Part shown: positions 25,671 to 39,479 of the stretch, one piece after another
Layout: every line of letters starts with the position of its first letter
Numbering within the stretch: the stretch's first letter is position 1
Assembly (NCBI GenBank): GCA_951406725.2
Contig: OX597816.1
Location: 15,128,001-15,192,000, forward strand
Direction of reading: 5' to 3'
Length of the DNA stretch: 64,000 nt
From: Octopus vulgaris
Taxonomy: Eukaryota
Notes under the pieces: model-generated
The model's database searches: none
What the model was told of the DNA's origin: nothing
Seen by the model: the letters and a program-made list of their open reading frames with translations, nothing else
Made by a program: the position numbers and the translations under genes

Positions 25671-26227
25671 GACAATTGTTTACTTTTACTTGCTAAGATA
25701 ACAATAAATGATAGTTAAATATTATTTCGTGAGTAACTTAGTTTTAATGTTGCTATCTCATTCAGGAACAAGCAATTCTGCCACACTTCATAATTCATGC
25801 AGGGGAAGTAACTATAATTTCTTTCTTGGTAAAACGTTTGTTAATGTTTGCAGTTATACATTTATGAATTTTAATTAGTAAGTGTATAAATTTATGAATA
25901 AAAGTATATTTTGTAAGTGTACATTTATGCATATATAAATAAATGCAATTTTTAAAAAAATCAATGGACTACAGAAACGTAAAGGTTTAGATTTAGGTGT
26001 CACATTTCGAAATTTCTGCGGTTTTTCAGGGCAGCTTGGACCGTTCAGTCTATAATTGCTTCCGATTGCTGTACTAAAATCTCAGAGTTATAGAGAAATC
26101 GAATGCTGTATATTAAAGAAAAAAGAATTATATAATTTTTATTTAATAAATATTTACAGCCTTTAAATATGATTGTAGGAATTATCTCCCCTAAATATAC
26201 TGAGACTCGATCTGTCTTAGCTCTGAA

Positions 26228-26566
26228 CTCTTTTACTTTGACTGTGGCCATGCTGGAGCACCGCCTTTAGTCGAGCAAATCGACCCCTGGACTTATTCTT
26301 TGTAAGCCTAGTACTTATTCTATTGGTCTTTATTGCCGAACCGCAACCAGCATCGGTTGTCAAGCGATATTAGGAGGACACACAAGCGTATACACACACA
26401 CACATACATATATATGACGGGCTTCTTTCAGTTTCCGCCTACCAAATCCACTCACAAGGCTTTGGTCGGCTCGAGGCTATAGTAGAAGACACTTGCTCAA
26501 GGTGCCACGTAGTGGGACTGAACCCGGAGCCATGAGGTTGGTAAGCAAGCTACTTACCACACAGCC
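26228..26566 (-). mobile_element. Family A SINE
   Basis: Near full-length match to family A with small internal deletions. Confidence 0.85.
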
Positions 26567-26784
26567 AGAGCCCCAAGTTCAATCCGATCGAACTAAGCAT
26601 TCACGCTGTGACCATATCGTCACATTAAGGCTTTTCCAGATTACTTTATCTCATGTGTCCCACCCTGTCACCCACTTTTTAAAGAAGGCGGAATATGTTT
26701 GATCATCAAAATCCGTTGTTTGCCAGAAGCAAAGGAGAAAAAAATGACTTACAGTAATTATATCTCTTTACGTCCTGACTTCAA

Positions 26785-26950
26785 ATAATGATAATGATAA
26801 TAATGAAATTATTGTATACAGTGCTCAGGTGCACCACAACTTGTCAAAAGTGCATATAAAACATATGCAGTAATGTACAAATGTCTGGAAAGCGAACAGT
26901 GTATGAGTCAGATACATGCTTGCGTGTGTATGGAGGGGAGAAAATCAGAT
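26785..26950 (-). mobile_element. CR1-type LINE 3' UTR fragment
   Basis: cagtgctcaggtgcac...aaaagtgcat matches the 3' end of the CR1-like piece at 42455-42715 inverted. Confidence 0.55.
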
Positions 26951-26994
26951 CCTCCAGATTCGACTACATCACCCCTCTATCTATGGTCGATAAT

Positions 26995-27586
26995 ATTCTT
27001 TTCTATATTGGCAGAAGGCCTGAGATTTTGGGCGACGGGGGCTTGTCGATTACATCGACGTCAATATTTAACTGGTACTTATTTCGTTGACCCCGAAGAG
27101 ATGAAAAGCATTGTCGATCTCGGCGGAATTTGAACTCAGAACGCAAAGATAGATGAAACCCGCTAAGCGTTTTGTCCTACATGCTAATGATTCTGTAAGC
27201 TTGCCACAATGCCAGCAAATACCGCGAAGGGGCTAGTCGTTTAGATCGATCCAACTGCGAAACTGGTAATAATTTCATCGACTCTGAAAGCACAAAAAGC
27301 AAAGTTGACTTCGGTAGAATTTGAACTCAGAATGTAAAGACAGACGAAATACCTATTTCCTTACTACCCTCAAGGGGTTAAACACAGAGAGGACAAACAA
27401 GGACAGACAAACGGATTAAGTCGATTATATCGACCCCATTGTGTAACTGGTACTTAATTTATCGAACCCGAAAGGATGAAAGGCAAAGTAGACCTCGGCG
27501 GAATTTGAACTCAGAACGTAGCAGTAGATGAAATACCGCTAAGCATTTCGCCCGGCTTGCTAACGTTTCTGCCAGCTCACCGCCTT
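26995..27586 (-). mobile_element. Family B SINEs (monomer plus dimer)
   Basis: Same core and aaatagg|tatttcgtct dimer junction as other copies. Confidence 0.8.
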
Positions 27587-28786
27587 TTGTCTGATCAGTA
27601 CCATAGCAGTGGATATACCACCCTGTTTTGTAGTGTATGGAGTCTTAATATTGACTATATTCAGTAGTGAAAGTATGTAGCTTGGTGGGGTATTTGGCTC
27701 ATGGTTGTGAGTTCAATTCCTGCCAGTGTGTTATGGCACTTTATTTCACGTTGCTTTAGTCCACCCAGCAGACAAAAATGAGCTTTACCTGTATTTCAAA
27801 AGGGCCAGTTTTGTTACATTCTGAATCTCCCTGAGAATTACATTAATGCTCCAATTTCATTTTTTTTATTTGATTTATTACCAAAAATCTATTTTTATAC
27901 AACTTTATCTGATACTAAATATATATATATATAAATAAAGTATAATAATCGGCATCGTAGTGGCTGTGTGGTAAGTAGCGTGGCACCTTGGGCATGTGTC
28001 TTCTACTATAGCCTCGGGCCGACCAAAGCTTTGTGAGTGGATTTGGTAGACGGAAACTGAAAGAAGCCCGTCGTATATATGTATGTACGTGTGTATATGT
28101 TTGTGTGTCTGTGTTTGTCTCCCCTCCCCCCCAACATAGCTTGACAACCGGTTCAGCAAAAGTGACCGATAGACTAAGTACTAGGCTTACAAAGAATAAG
28201 TCCTGGGGTCGATTTGCTCGACTAAAGGCGGTGCTCCAGCATGGTCACAGTCAAATGACTGAAATAAGTAAACGAATATTTGAAAGTCACTAACTAAAGA
28301 TATCTCAGAAAAATACAGGTGTTGCAGAAATATGATGGATTATCCTTCTGGTCCTAAAAATGGACTATGGGTGCTAATGGGTTAAAGGTGCACATGTTTG
28401 TGGAGTGTCCAGCCACTTGTCCATTAATTTCAAAAGCAGGCTGTTCCATTGATAGGATCAACTGGAACACCCATCGTCATAAACTGAAGAAAATCAATGT
28501 GAATTCGTTTAAGTTCACTGCATTACTTATAAGGTTGTGAGCTGGCATTGTTGTTAGAGCACCAGGCAGAATGCTTTGCAGTTTTCATTCCGACTGCATT
28601 CTGAGCTCAAATCCAGCCACGGTCAACTTTGCTTTTCATACCACTTCGGTATTTTTGTATCAATTTTTCTCTCTTGCTATTTCTTGGCTGTATTCTAAGT
28701 TGGAGAGGGAGGGACTCTGTTGGGTTAAATATACTTATAAATGGATAGGTTGTAAAGCCATCTAATGTGACTCTACTCAGAAGGCT

Positions 28787-29411
28787 GTAATATCATTTGA
28801 CAGGAACATGATATAAAGAAATACATGGAACAAGGTGTAACTTTAAATGTCTTTAATGCAGGCCAAACGTATGTATACACAAGCTGAATGATAAATGGAA
28901 GTGGTTGATGGACATTTACTCATATATCTACATGCATCTGCGGGGATTGTATGTTTGCTTTTAACCCTGGTGAGGAACTCACGAACAGCGATATATTAGA
29001 ACCTGAGCAGTGTGTTGGTGCTGTGTAGAGATGTTGTTGATGACGTTGGTGAGAGACCTGATGGTGCCGACGAAGACGGAGGTTGCTGTAATGTGGTCAG
29101 TGGTTAAACCTTAGAAGGTCTGGAACCAACAGAGTCTGAGGCTAGGAGGAAGTGAATTTTTATAGCTAACGGTAGGCTCAAATGTTGTTTAAAACAGACT
29201 GTCTCACGTGATTTATTTGGAGGCTGTGAATAGTTGGGCTGCATATTGATGCACCAATACCACCCAATCAGAGTGTTAGACACAACGGGGGTCCAAAACA
29301 GCGTCGAAAGTTTAGCTGTTACCTGCTACGTTCATATGTATGTATATATAATAGAGTGAGGAAGTTCACTAGAGTTCGCTACATACTCAAGAGACATCCT
29401 GTGTCATAACA
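28787..29411 (-). mobile_element. Possible solo LTR
   Basis: tgtaat...ataaca ends, minus-strand tataaaa at ~29160 and attaaa at ~28855; no matching TSD found. Confidence 0.3.
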
Positions 29412-30213
29412 GCAGTTCCTTTATAACTGTATCAGAAATTGAGGGTACAAGAAAGGATGGTAGGTAGAGAGAGGGAGAGGGAAGGAGGTGCAAATGTAAG
29501 TAAGAAAGGAGGCAGGGAAGGAGACAAGAAAGAAAAGAGGGGGGAGGAAGAAAGGGAAGAAGGGTGGAGGGAAACGAAATATGGAGAGCAAGGAAGGTAG
29601 GCAGTAGGAAGGATATTAATAGTAAAGTGTGTGCTATCACACTTGATGTAATAAGCCAAGAATTTTAAATTAATTAAAATAACAGCCTAAAAGTTGAAAA
29701 CAATTATTTAAGTGACAAATTCTGGCAAAAATGGTAGATTGTCAGTGAAGACAAATCTAAAATTTTAATTGATGAAAAGTAATTGAATACATAATGTCTT
29801 GGATAGTGAATCTGATCAATAGTATGTGGTGATAACTTTACGCATGTTTCAGCCCCATTATCCCTCATCAGAGAAGCAGTTACAGTTTAACTACCAGATC
29901 TTAGAACAACTAGAGAGATAAAGGATTTTTAGGAATAAACACTGAGTAATGTGTAAATTTAAAAGAAAGCTAAGGGAATAATTAATTATCCAGGGCTGCC
30001 TGCTGCATGAAGTATAAGTAGTAAAATTAGTGCTAGTATATTTAATGCAATAATTCAACTAATATTATTTAATTAAATATTACATCGTTAATGGAGAGGA
30101 CAATGATTATTGAAATGAGTAAATCTGGTAAAAAATGAAATGGAGCACAATTTAGAAATTTGATTTAAAATTAAATATATATGGAATGCAGTAAGAAATT
30201 AAGTTCAATCTTT

Positions 30214-30484
30214 AGCAGTGGGTGCCAATGCTTGACAGTTTTCACTCTTATTGGTCCTCATCAGGGAAACTTAGTTTACCTGTAAGTGCATGAACATAGA
30301 ATAGTATTCTCTGGGTATTTTGCTTCTATTTATTCTTCTAGGCTATTATGCCACACAGGGTTCACTCATGATAAATCTATATACTTCTCTTGTCATTTGA
30401 ACACTTTGCATTAACAATTAGACTATCCTTCACTGATGAGGGCTAATAAGAGTGAAACATGTCTAGAGTTGTCACACTGTTGCT
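30214..30484. repeat. Diverged inverted repeat pair, each arm carrying a degenerate hammerhead core
   Basis: + strand cttca-CTGATGA-gggctaataagagt-GAAA-catg-TC-tagag at 30428-30468; homologous minus copy at ~30214-30266. Confidence 0.55.
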
Positions 30485-31467
30485 AAATATCAGGCCCATT
30501 TTGTTTTAATTGGTTAATTCTATTTAATTAATTCTTTTGATTAATTATAATCTCAGGTTTGTCTTCATGCTATCTTTTACTATAATTAAATATCCAGATA
30601 TACGTGGTTCTTTGTAAATATTTCTTAGTTTTCTATGTCAACTACGATAGCATCTACCTTACTGCTCAGTAAACTCCGGGTTTCTATTCAACATAGGGTG
30701 AATATAAAGTAATGTTAACATTAGAAAGGCTTGAATTTTGATAAGGAAAACAAAGGACTAGATTCTTCAAATGATCTGTGCACAGGAGTCACTTGTACTC
30801 TTGCCTAGTGATTCCTTGAAAAGTAAGAAGAGGAAGGACAGAAAGAAAAAAATGAAATGAAGGGAAAATAAGAAGTGTCGGAAGAATATTTCTCTTAGCT
30901 AAAACTATATTGGTCTCATCTCTTTAATCCTATTATCATATCTAAATCCTAAATTATCAGTGTGCTGGGTTAGAAAAGGAAGACTCAATTATTTAAATCA
31001 AACAAAAGATAATGTTGAACAATGAGTGACGTAGGAGTGGCTGTGTGGTAAGTAGCTTGCTTATGAACTACATGGTTCCATGTTCAGTCCCACTGCGTGG
31101 CACCTTGGGCAAGTGTCTTCTACTATAGCCTCAGGCTGATCAAAGCCTCGTGAGTGGATTTGGTAGACGGAAACTGAAAGAAGCCCATCATATATATGTA
31201 TATATATAGAGGTGCAGGAGTGGCTGTATGGTAAGCAGCTTGCTTACCAACCACATAATTCCGGGTTCAGTCCCACTGGGTAAATGTTATCTTCTATAGC
31301 CTCGGGCCGACCAAAGCCTCGTGAGCGGATTTGGTAGACAGAAACTGAAAGAAGCCCGTCGTATATATGTGGTTCAGACAATGACCATGCTCAAAAGATG
31401 TTTTTATGTGCTACCTGCATGGGAGCCAGTCCGGTGGCACTGGCAACGATCACGCTAAGAAAATTAA

Positions 31468-31685
31468 CCCTTTAGTGTTCAGATTACTCTGTTAAATGTA
31501 ATACTTTTTCACTCAAATTATTTTGAATTAATCATGCATGATCTTAGTTTTGAAGTTTCAATGATGTGATTGTTTATTTTTAGAATGTCAATGTAGGTTA
31601 GGTGTGAGAGGCTGGATCTGGCCAGTTTGAATATAAAATATGTAGAATATCTGGGCCGGATACGGCTGGTTTAAACACTAAAGGG
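31468..31685. mobile_element. piggyBac-type MITE
   Basis: TIR ccctttagtgtt / aacactaaaggg, TTAA on both sides. Confidence 0.88.
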
Positions 31686-31714
31686 TTAAAGAATACATAT
31701 ATACATACATCTGT

Positions 31715-31945
31715 CTTCTTCTTCTTCTTCTTACAACATTCACCCGGGGTGGGTTGAGCTGGCTTCATTCATCCTCAATGCTGCATCTCTCACAAATGCC
31801 GACCAGGCCTGGTGATTTGAGGCTAACAACCACATGATCTCTAACCACTCCTTATTCCAGCGGCGAACGCCATAGATATGGGGGCCTAGGTTGGGTTCCA
31901 GATCAGCCTTGACTGTCATCAGCCAGGTTTTTTGTTGTCCATACA
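31715..31945 (-). mobile_element. LINE 3'-end fragment with (GAA)n tail (probably RTE-like)
   Basis: ORF 31740-31946 G..KTWL.TVK.DL...W...A.N...W..FV, typical LINE C-terminus. Confidence 0.55.
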
Positions 31946-32002
31946 TCTGTGTATGTGTATATATTTAAATGTGTGTGTGTGTGTCAATGTATATTATATA
32001 AC

Positions 32003-32325
32003 TGACCCTTTGTCAGTTATGACGATTGAGGTTTCAGTTGATCTGATCAAAAGAACAGCCTGCTCATGAAATATTCATTCAAGTGGCTGAGCACTCCACA
32101 GACATCTGTGTCTTTAATGTAGTTCTAAGGGAGATTCAGTGTGACACAGATTGTGATAAGGCTGACCCTTATAATTACAGGTACTACTCATTTTTGCCAG
32201 CTGTGTGGACTAGGGCAACATGAAATAAAGTGTCTTGCTTAAGGAAACAATGTGCTGTCAGGAATTGAACTCATGACCTTTTGATTGTGAGCCAAATACC
32301 TAAACCACTAAGCCACACACCTTCA
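32003..32325 (-). mobile_element. CORE-type tRNA SINE (family E)
   Basis: Minus strand gaaggtgtgtggcttagtggtt...gagttcaattcc...agcaagacactttatttcatgttg. Confidence 0.7.
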
Positions 32326-32599
32326 CATGTATATAATATATTTTATATTTTATCTTTTATTTGTTTCAAACTGTGGCCATACTGCAGCACCGGCTTGAAG
32401 AATTTTTTGTTGAAGAATCAACCCCAGTACTTGTTTTTTTTTAAAGCTAGTTACTTATTCTGTTGGTCTCTTTCTCTTGAACAGCTAAGTCAAGGGGGAT
32501 GTAAACACACCAACACTGGTTGCCAAGCAATGGTGAGGGACAAACACAGACACAAAGACACATACATCGTCATCATCACCGTCATCGTTTATATATACA

Positions 32600-32971
32600 C
32601 TAGCAGTATCACCCAGCGTTGCTCGGGTTTGTAAGGGAAATAACTATAAAGCATTTTTAGAGAGTTATAGCCAAAAAGTAGCAAAAAAATGATGGTAAAT
32701 TTTTTTTGAGAGTTAAAAGGTCGAGTTGCGTCCCCTAGACAGTCTGTGGTTTGTGTTTCTGATTCTCGACCCCATGTCGAATTTATCGATTTTTTTCAGA
32801 ACTGGGGGAACTTTTCAAAATTTTCGCTGCGTTAGTTTTGAATTATGACATTGGGCTATGTGTGTGTCAAGTTTCATCAGAATCGGTTGAAAGCCGTGGT
32901 CAGGGTGAGGGTATAACCTGACAGACACACAGAAACACACACAGATAAACTGGCGTTTATATATAGAGAGA
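32600..32971 (-). mobile_element. Non-autonomous Helitron
   Basis: 5' TC, 3' hairpin cccgagcaacgctggg followed by CTAG, sits between A and T; near-identical to 33191-33559. Confidence 0.88.
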
Positions 32972-32990
32972 TACATAGACACAGACCTAC

Positions 32991-33092
<102 letters not shown>

Positions 33093-33190
33093 TATCTCAG
33101 AGAAATATGTACACCCCTAAAAAATTCAGTAAAATTGCCATTACTCTGATAATATTGAAGGGAATCAAATGAAATTTATACTGAATAAAA

Positions 33191-33559
33191 TCTTCTCTCT
33201 ATATATAAACGGCAGTTTGTCTGTGTGTGTTCCTGTGTGTCTGTTAGGTTGTACCCTCACACTGACCACGGCTTTCAACCGATTCTGATGAAACTTGACA
33301 CACACATAGCCCAATGTCATAATTCAAAACTAACGCAGCGAAAATTTTGAAAAGTTCCCCCAGTTCTGAAAAAAATCGATAAATTCGACATGGGGTCGAG
33401 AATTAGAAACAAACCACAGACTGTCTAGGGGACGCAACTCGACCTTTTTAACTAAAAAATTTACCATAATTTTTTTCCCATTTTTTGGCTATAACTCTCT
33501 AAAAATGCTTTATAGTTATTTCCCTTACAAACCCGAGCAACGCCGGGCGATACTGCTAG
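33191..33559 (+). mobile_element. Non-autonomous Helitron inserted in left TIR of Tc1
   Basis: ctgaataaaa|TC...cccgagcaacgccggg..CTAG|tatattataca; removing it restores the exact inverse of the right TIR with no TSD. Confidence 0.92.
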
Positions 33560-34063
33560 TATATTATACATGCAAACGTTATACAAATTTGGAAGACAAA
33601 ACAATAAGCATTTTCAAAGATATGAACAAAATATTAATTTTCAAATGTTACAAAAATGTCTACACCCAAAGGAAATTTGCTATATTCAATATTTTATCCA
33701 CTTTTTTTATTAAATTCAGATATTGCTGATAATTTCAATTCTAATAAATTATTTCAATTCTGATAAAATATTTCTCCTGGCATTTTTGCACTGGTCATTA
33801 TTATTGCATCTGCAGGAATTCTGATATGTGTATTGTGGAGAGAAAATTTTCTTCATTGTGATTAAAATGACACCAAAAGGAAAAGAATTGTCTGAAAATT
33901 TGAAGAAAATTATTTTTAATTTGCTCAAGAATGGTTTAGGATAGAAGTTAATTAGCAAACGAATACATATTAATGTAAACACAGTTGCCAAAGTAATTCA
34001 GAAGAGCAAAGCTATTGGATGGCTAAGAAATAAACATCATCCAGGTCAGTCTTCTAATTTAAC

Positions 34064-34535
34064 TGTGACCAGTCCCCGTGCCAGTGGCACATAAAAGGCA
34101 CCATTTGAGTGTGATCGTTGCCAGCATCGCCTTACTGGCATTTGTGCCCCATGCTAGTAGGGTGCCAAGAGCACCATCTGAGCGTGATCGTTGCCAGAGT
34201 GGCTAACTGGCTTCCGTGCCGGTGGCATGTAAACGGCACCATTCGAGCGGGATCGTTACCAGCGTCGCCTTACTGGCAGCAGTGCTGGTGGCATGTGTAA
34301 AAAGATTCGAGCGAGGTCGTTGCCAGTACCAGCTGACAGGCCCCCATGCCGGTGGCATGTAAAAAGCACCCACTACACTCTTGGAGTGGTTGGCGTTAGG
34401 AAGGGCATCCAGCTGTAGAAACTCTGCCAGATCAAGATTGGAGCCTGGTGCAGCCATCTGGTTCACTAGCCCTCAGTCAAATCGTCCAACCCATGCCAGC
34501 ATGGAAAGTGGACATTAAACGATGATGATAATGAT
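34064..34535 (+). mobile_element. Family C element with internal ~55-70 bp tandem repeats, nested in Tc1
   Basis: Repeated gccggtggcatgtaaa..gcacc units, then ggcgttaggaagggcatccagctgtagaaac and (GAT)n tail. Confidence 0.8.
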
Positions 34536-34694
34536 TTGATATTCACCACATCCAATGTTGCATGATGGACAACAGGTGTCATGCCACTTCATCTTTCGCC
34601 CAAGAAGTGTCTTCTGTTAATGGAAAGAGTGTATCCACCCAAAACAGTTCACTGAAGTTTGAACCAGTGTGGGCTTCACGGATGCATTCCTCAT

Positions 34695-35102
34695 AGGCAC
34701 AGGAATGGCTGTGGTAAGTAGCTTGCCTACGAACCACATGGTTCCAGGTTCATTCCCACTGTGTGGCACTTTGGGCAAGTATCTTCTACTATAACCTCTG
34801 GCTGACCAAAGCCTTGTGAGTAGATTTGGTAGATGGAAACTGAAAGAAGCCTGTCGTATATATGTATATGCATATATATATATATATGTGTTTGTATGTT
34901 TGTATGTCTGTGTTTGTCCCCCCAACATCGCTTGACAACCGATGCTGGTGTGTTTACGTCTCCGTAACTTAGCAGTTCGGCAAAAGAGACTGATAGAATA
35001 AGTACTAGGCTTACAAAGAATAAGTCCTGGGGTCGATTTGCTCGACTAAAGGTGGTGTTCCAGCATGGCTGCAGTCAAATGACTGAAACAAGTAAAAGAG
35101 AG
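34695..35102 (+). mobile_element. Full-length family A SINE nested in Tc1
   Basis: tRNA-like head to gactgaaacaagtaaaagag tail. Confidence 0.88.
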
Positions 35103-35375
35103 TATAGGAAGCCTCTCCTCACTACCAGGCATAAATCAAATCATCTTTCTTTTGCCGAAACCTAAGTGAGTAAGGAGAAGGAGTTTGGGAATAAAATTCT
35201 TTTTGCTGACGAGACTAAAATCAACTTGTTTGGATCAGATGATATTAAATGAGTATGGTGACGATCAGGTGGAGATAATAGTGACAAATGCACCGTGCCT
35301 ATCATGAAATGTGGTGGTAGAAGTGTTATGCTTTGGGGATGCATGAGTGCAGCTGGTGTGGCAGGACTCACAGTT

Positions 35376-35770
35376 ACTCTTTACTCTTTTACTTGTTTCA
35401 GTCATTTGACTGCGGCCATGCTGGAGCACCACCTTTAGTCGAGCAAATCGACCCAGGACTTATTCTTTATAAGCCTAGTACTTATTCTATTCGTCTCTTT
35501 TGCCGAACTGCTAAGTTACAGGGATGTAAACACACCAGCATCGGTTGTCAAGCAATGTTGGTGGGGGGGACAAACACAGACACACAAACATATACACATA
35601 TGTACCTACATATATATGACGGGGTTCTTTCAGTTTCTGTCTACCAAATCCACTCACAAGGCTGTGGTTGGCCCGAGGCTATAGTAGAAGTCACATGCCC
35701 AAGGTGCCACGTAGTGGAACTGAACCCGGAACCATGTGGTTGGTAAGCAAGCTACTTACCACACAGCCAC
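35376..35770 (-). mobile_element. Full-length family A SINE nested in Tc1
   Basis: Inverse of 34695-35102. Confidence 0.88.
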
Positions 35771-36370
35771 AATGGCTTCAAGGCTTTATTGTGACATATT
35801 GCAGAAAAAATGTTGGAAGGCATCAAGGAGCTAGGAAGACATTCCATGTTCCAACACGATAATGACCCTAAACACACTTCAAAGATGACGAATAAGTTTT
35901 TATCAGGTAAAAAGATACTGCCTTGGCCTAGCATGTCACCTGATTTATACCCAATAGAACATCTGTGGGGTGTTTTGAAAAGGAAAGTTGAGGAGAAAGC
36001 CCTGCAATGTAACACAATTGAATGACATCTTTTAGGATGAATTGAGGTTGATTTCATCTGTTATATGTGGAAATTTCATCGACTCTATGCCCAGAAGACT
36101 TAATGCAGTCATTGAAAGCAAGGGCAGTCACACCAGATATTGAATGTAGCAAATAATCCATTAGGGTGTACATATTTTTGTATAGTTTCAAAATTAATAT
36201 TTTGTTCATATCTTTGAAAATGTTTATTGTTTTGTGTTCCAAATTTGTATAATATTTGCATGTATAATATATTTTATTCAGTATAAATTTCATTTGGTTT
36301 CTTTTGATATTAGCAGGGTAATGGCAATTGTACTGAAATTTTTCAGGGGTGTACGTACTTCGGTGAGATA

Positions 36371-36407
<37 letters not shown>

Positions 36408-36757
36408 CATATATATATGTTACTCCGCAAAAAGATCTCAAATTTTATTTAATTTACTTTTCGCGGGAAGGAAAGTTTCTATCGAAGATGCGTATCGCCT
36501 TCACCTTCGAAATGCAGAGTAGATGAAACCACGGTGACTGAAGAAGGAGAATTTTCCTTGTGTTATTTGTCCTGTACTCTATTTTTTTGTTGTTTAAGAA
36601 AAATGTCCAGTTCCTTGGTTTTGTGTTTATGTTTTTGTTTCTCATTGTGTTCGACGATTTTTTGGTGCCCTGTACCCATATATGCATGTATATATACATG
36701 TAGAGGTAGGTACGTACATATATGTATGTATTTATGCATATGTTTTATTTATTAATT

Positions 36758-36803
<46 letters not shown>

Positions 36804-36981
36804 CTGTCATCATCATTGTTTAATGTCCACTTTCCATGGTGGCATGGGTTGGATGGTTTGACAGGAGCCAGCCAGGTAGGAGCCGGCACTAGACTTCTGT
36901 GTCTGTTTTGGCAGGGTTTTTACAAATGGATGCCCTTCCAAATGCCAACCACTTTACAGCATGGACTAGATACTTTTTACA

Positions 36982-37038
<57 letters not shown>

Positions 37039-37333
37039 ACAGGCTTCTTCTAGTTTCCATCTACCAAATCCACTCACAAAGCATAGGTCAGCCCAAGATT
37101 ACAATACAAGACATTTGCTCAAGGTGCTATGCAGTGGGAGTGAACTTGGAACCATGTGATTGAGAAGCAAGCTTCTTACCTTTCAGCCACACATGCATCT
37201 ATACATATATGTATATTCATGAGAGCGTGTATGTGTGTGTGTATGTGTATGTGTGTGTATGTGTGTGTGTGTGTGTGTGCATATATATTTATATACACAC
37301 ACTCATATACATGTCCATATATACATGCGTGTG

Positions 37334-37386
<53 letters not shown>

Positions 37387-37463
37387 GTATGTATGTAAAT
37401 ATATTGCGTAGAGAGAGAGAGAGAGGGGGAGAGGGAGAGACAGATATATAGAGAGAGAGGGGG

Positions 37464-37494
<31 letters not shown>

Positions 37495-37840
37495 GGATGG
37501 TGAGTGATGATGGTTTCTCCTTTAGCTAAAAAGTTGTTTGCCAAACTAGTAATGTAATATCTTGTCATGTAACAGGAAATAACAGCTGTAGCAAGACACA
37601 ACACACTCCAAGTAGAAAAAAGCCCCGGAGTTCAGTGCTTGTATTATTGACAGACACTGCTCACAGTCATGAAAGATCTCTCATTCCTGAATACATAGGC
37701 ATGCACACACACACACACAGACACACACACACACACAAACATGCACACACACACACACACACACACTTATGTTCAAGTGAGGCAAGAATGTAAAACTAGA
37801 CGTAAAATTATACTGATGAGTATGGTAATGAAGTTTTATA

Positions 37841-37874
<34 letters not shown>

Positions 37875-38320
37875 GGAATATATATATATCTTTATTATAC
37901 ATATATATGTTATATATTATGTGTCTTCATTTTCATCATCATCATCGTTTAACATCTGCTTTCCATGCTGGCATGGGTTGGTATGTTTGCTATGGAGCTG
38001 GCCTACTGGGCATTGTCCAGACTCCAATTGTTTGTTGTGGCATGGTTTCTATGGCTGGATGCTGTTCCTAATGCCAACCCATTGACAGGGTGTGCTGGGT
38101 GCTTCTTATGTGCATTTATGCAGGATTGATTTTGGTTGTGTTCATACAACACTAGCACAGATGTGTATATGCAGCAATGGTATGGGTGCATGTATACACA
38201 GCACCAGCACATGTGCTTTGGATATATATATATATGATATGTGTATGTGTGTGTGTGTATGATATATATATATATATGATATGTGTGTGTATGTATGATA
38301 TATATATATATTTTTTATTG

Positions 38321-38445
38321 TACAGTTCTATATTTAAGAGATGAGGAATTATGTACATTATTTACATTATTTACATTATTTACATCTGACTGACAAATAT
38401 GAAGACAAATACCCCTCAAATGTAAATAATGTAAATAATGTATAT
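38321..38445. mobile_element. Inverted plus direct copy of the Penelope-type tail seen at 5600-5660 and 55850-55960
   Basis: tacagttctatatttaag...ttatttacattatttacat followed by gacaaata...caaatgtaaataatgtaaataatg. Confidence 0.6.
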
Positions 38446-38554
38446 CTTATTGTATATATGAATATATATATGTGTATATATATGCATATATATTTTTGTA
38501 TGTATATATATATGTATAAATGTGTGTGTGTGTATATACAAATATGTTTGTATG

Positions 38555-38677
<123 letters not shown>

Positions 38678-39479
38678 GGCTGCTGTCTAATGAATGAAAC
38701 AAATAAAAGATAAAAGATATATAGACACAAAAACATGTATTTATATATGCAAATATTATTTGTTTATATGTGTGTATATATTTATGCATATGTGTATGCT
38801 ATATGTATGCATTTGTGTACATTTCTGTGTGTGTACTTATCTAACCACACACACACTATTGACAGACATCCTCTCTGATAAAAATTCCTCACATGGTTTT
38901 ACTTTATGCAGTCTGTCTTCAGACTTGCGATAAACAGACTGCATGTGTGGCAGAAGACTATTTCACAAAATAATTTCAAATCAATATCAAGTGTGTAGGT
39001 CAGTTTGACTGATACATCGATTCATTGAATGCTCGATTGATTGATTGATTGATTGCCTTTATAGCATTGATGGTTTATAGATAGTTTTTTTAGACATCTA
39101 TTAAGTATGCGGTGCAGATGACCTAGTCCTCTCTAAACCCTGGTGAATCTTCCTCTCTAAGGAGTTGGAAACGAAAGTACTGTTGTCTTGTCTTATCGAT
39201 ATTGAACTCCAGGCTATTTTATGGTCAGCCTTTCTTATGATATAACTGGGAATTAATGGTGGAGTTTTGTAGAGTTTTATGAGTGTATTTACCAGGATAC
39301 CAGACAATGAATGGCTGTGTGGTAAGGAGTTTGCTTCCAAACCATATGGTTCCTTATTTCCACTGTGTGGTCACTATGGGCAAGTGTCTTCTACTATAGC
39401 CTTGGACCAACCAGAGCCTTGTGAGTCGATTTGGTAGATGGAAACTGAAAGAAGACTATCTTGTGTGTGTGTGTGTATT

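Larger units (their letters stand above)
33867..36143 (+). pseudogene. Tc1 DDE transposase pseudogene in four pieces
   Basis: MTPKGKELSENLK (33867), RKPLL...ILFADETKINLFGSD...GGRSVMLWGCM (35105-35375), FQHDNDPKHTS...WPSMSPDLYPIEHLW...SMPRRLNAVIESKGSHTRY* (35771-36143); several in-frame stops. Confidence 0.92.

Noticed and set aside
36478-36560. Hammerhead-like tcgaaga...cgaaatgca and ctgaaga motifs in a TA-flanked repeat
   Set aside because: Stems do not pair convincingly; may be a decayed Penelope end but not supportable
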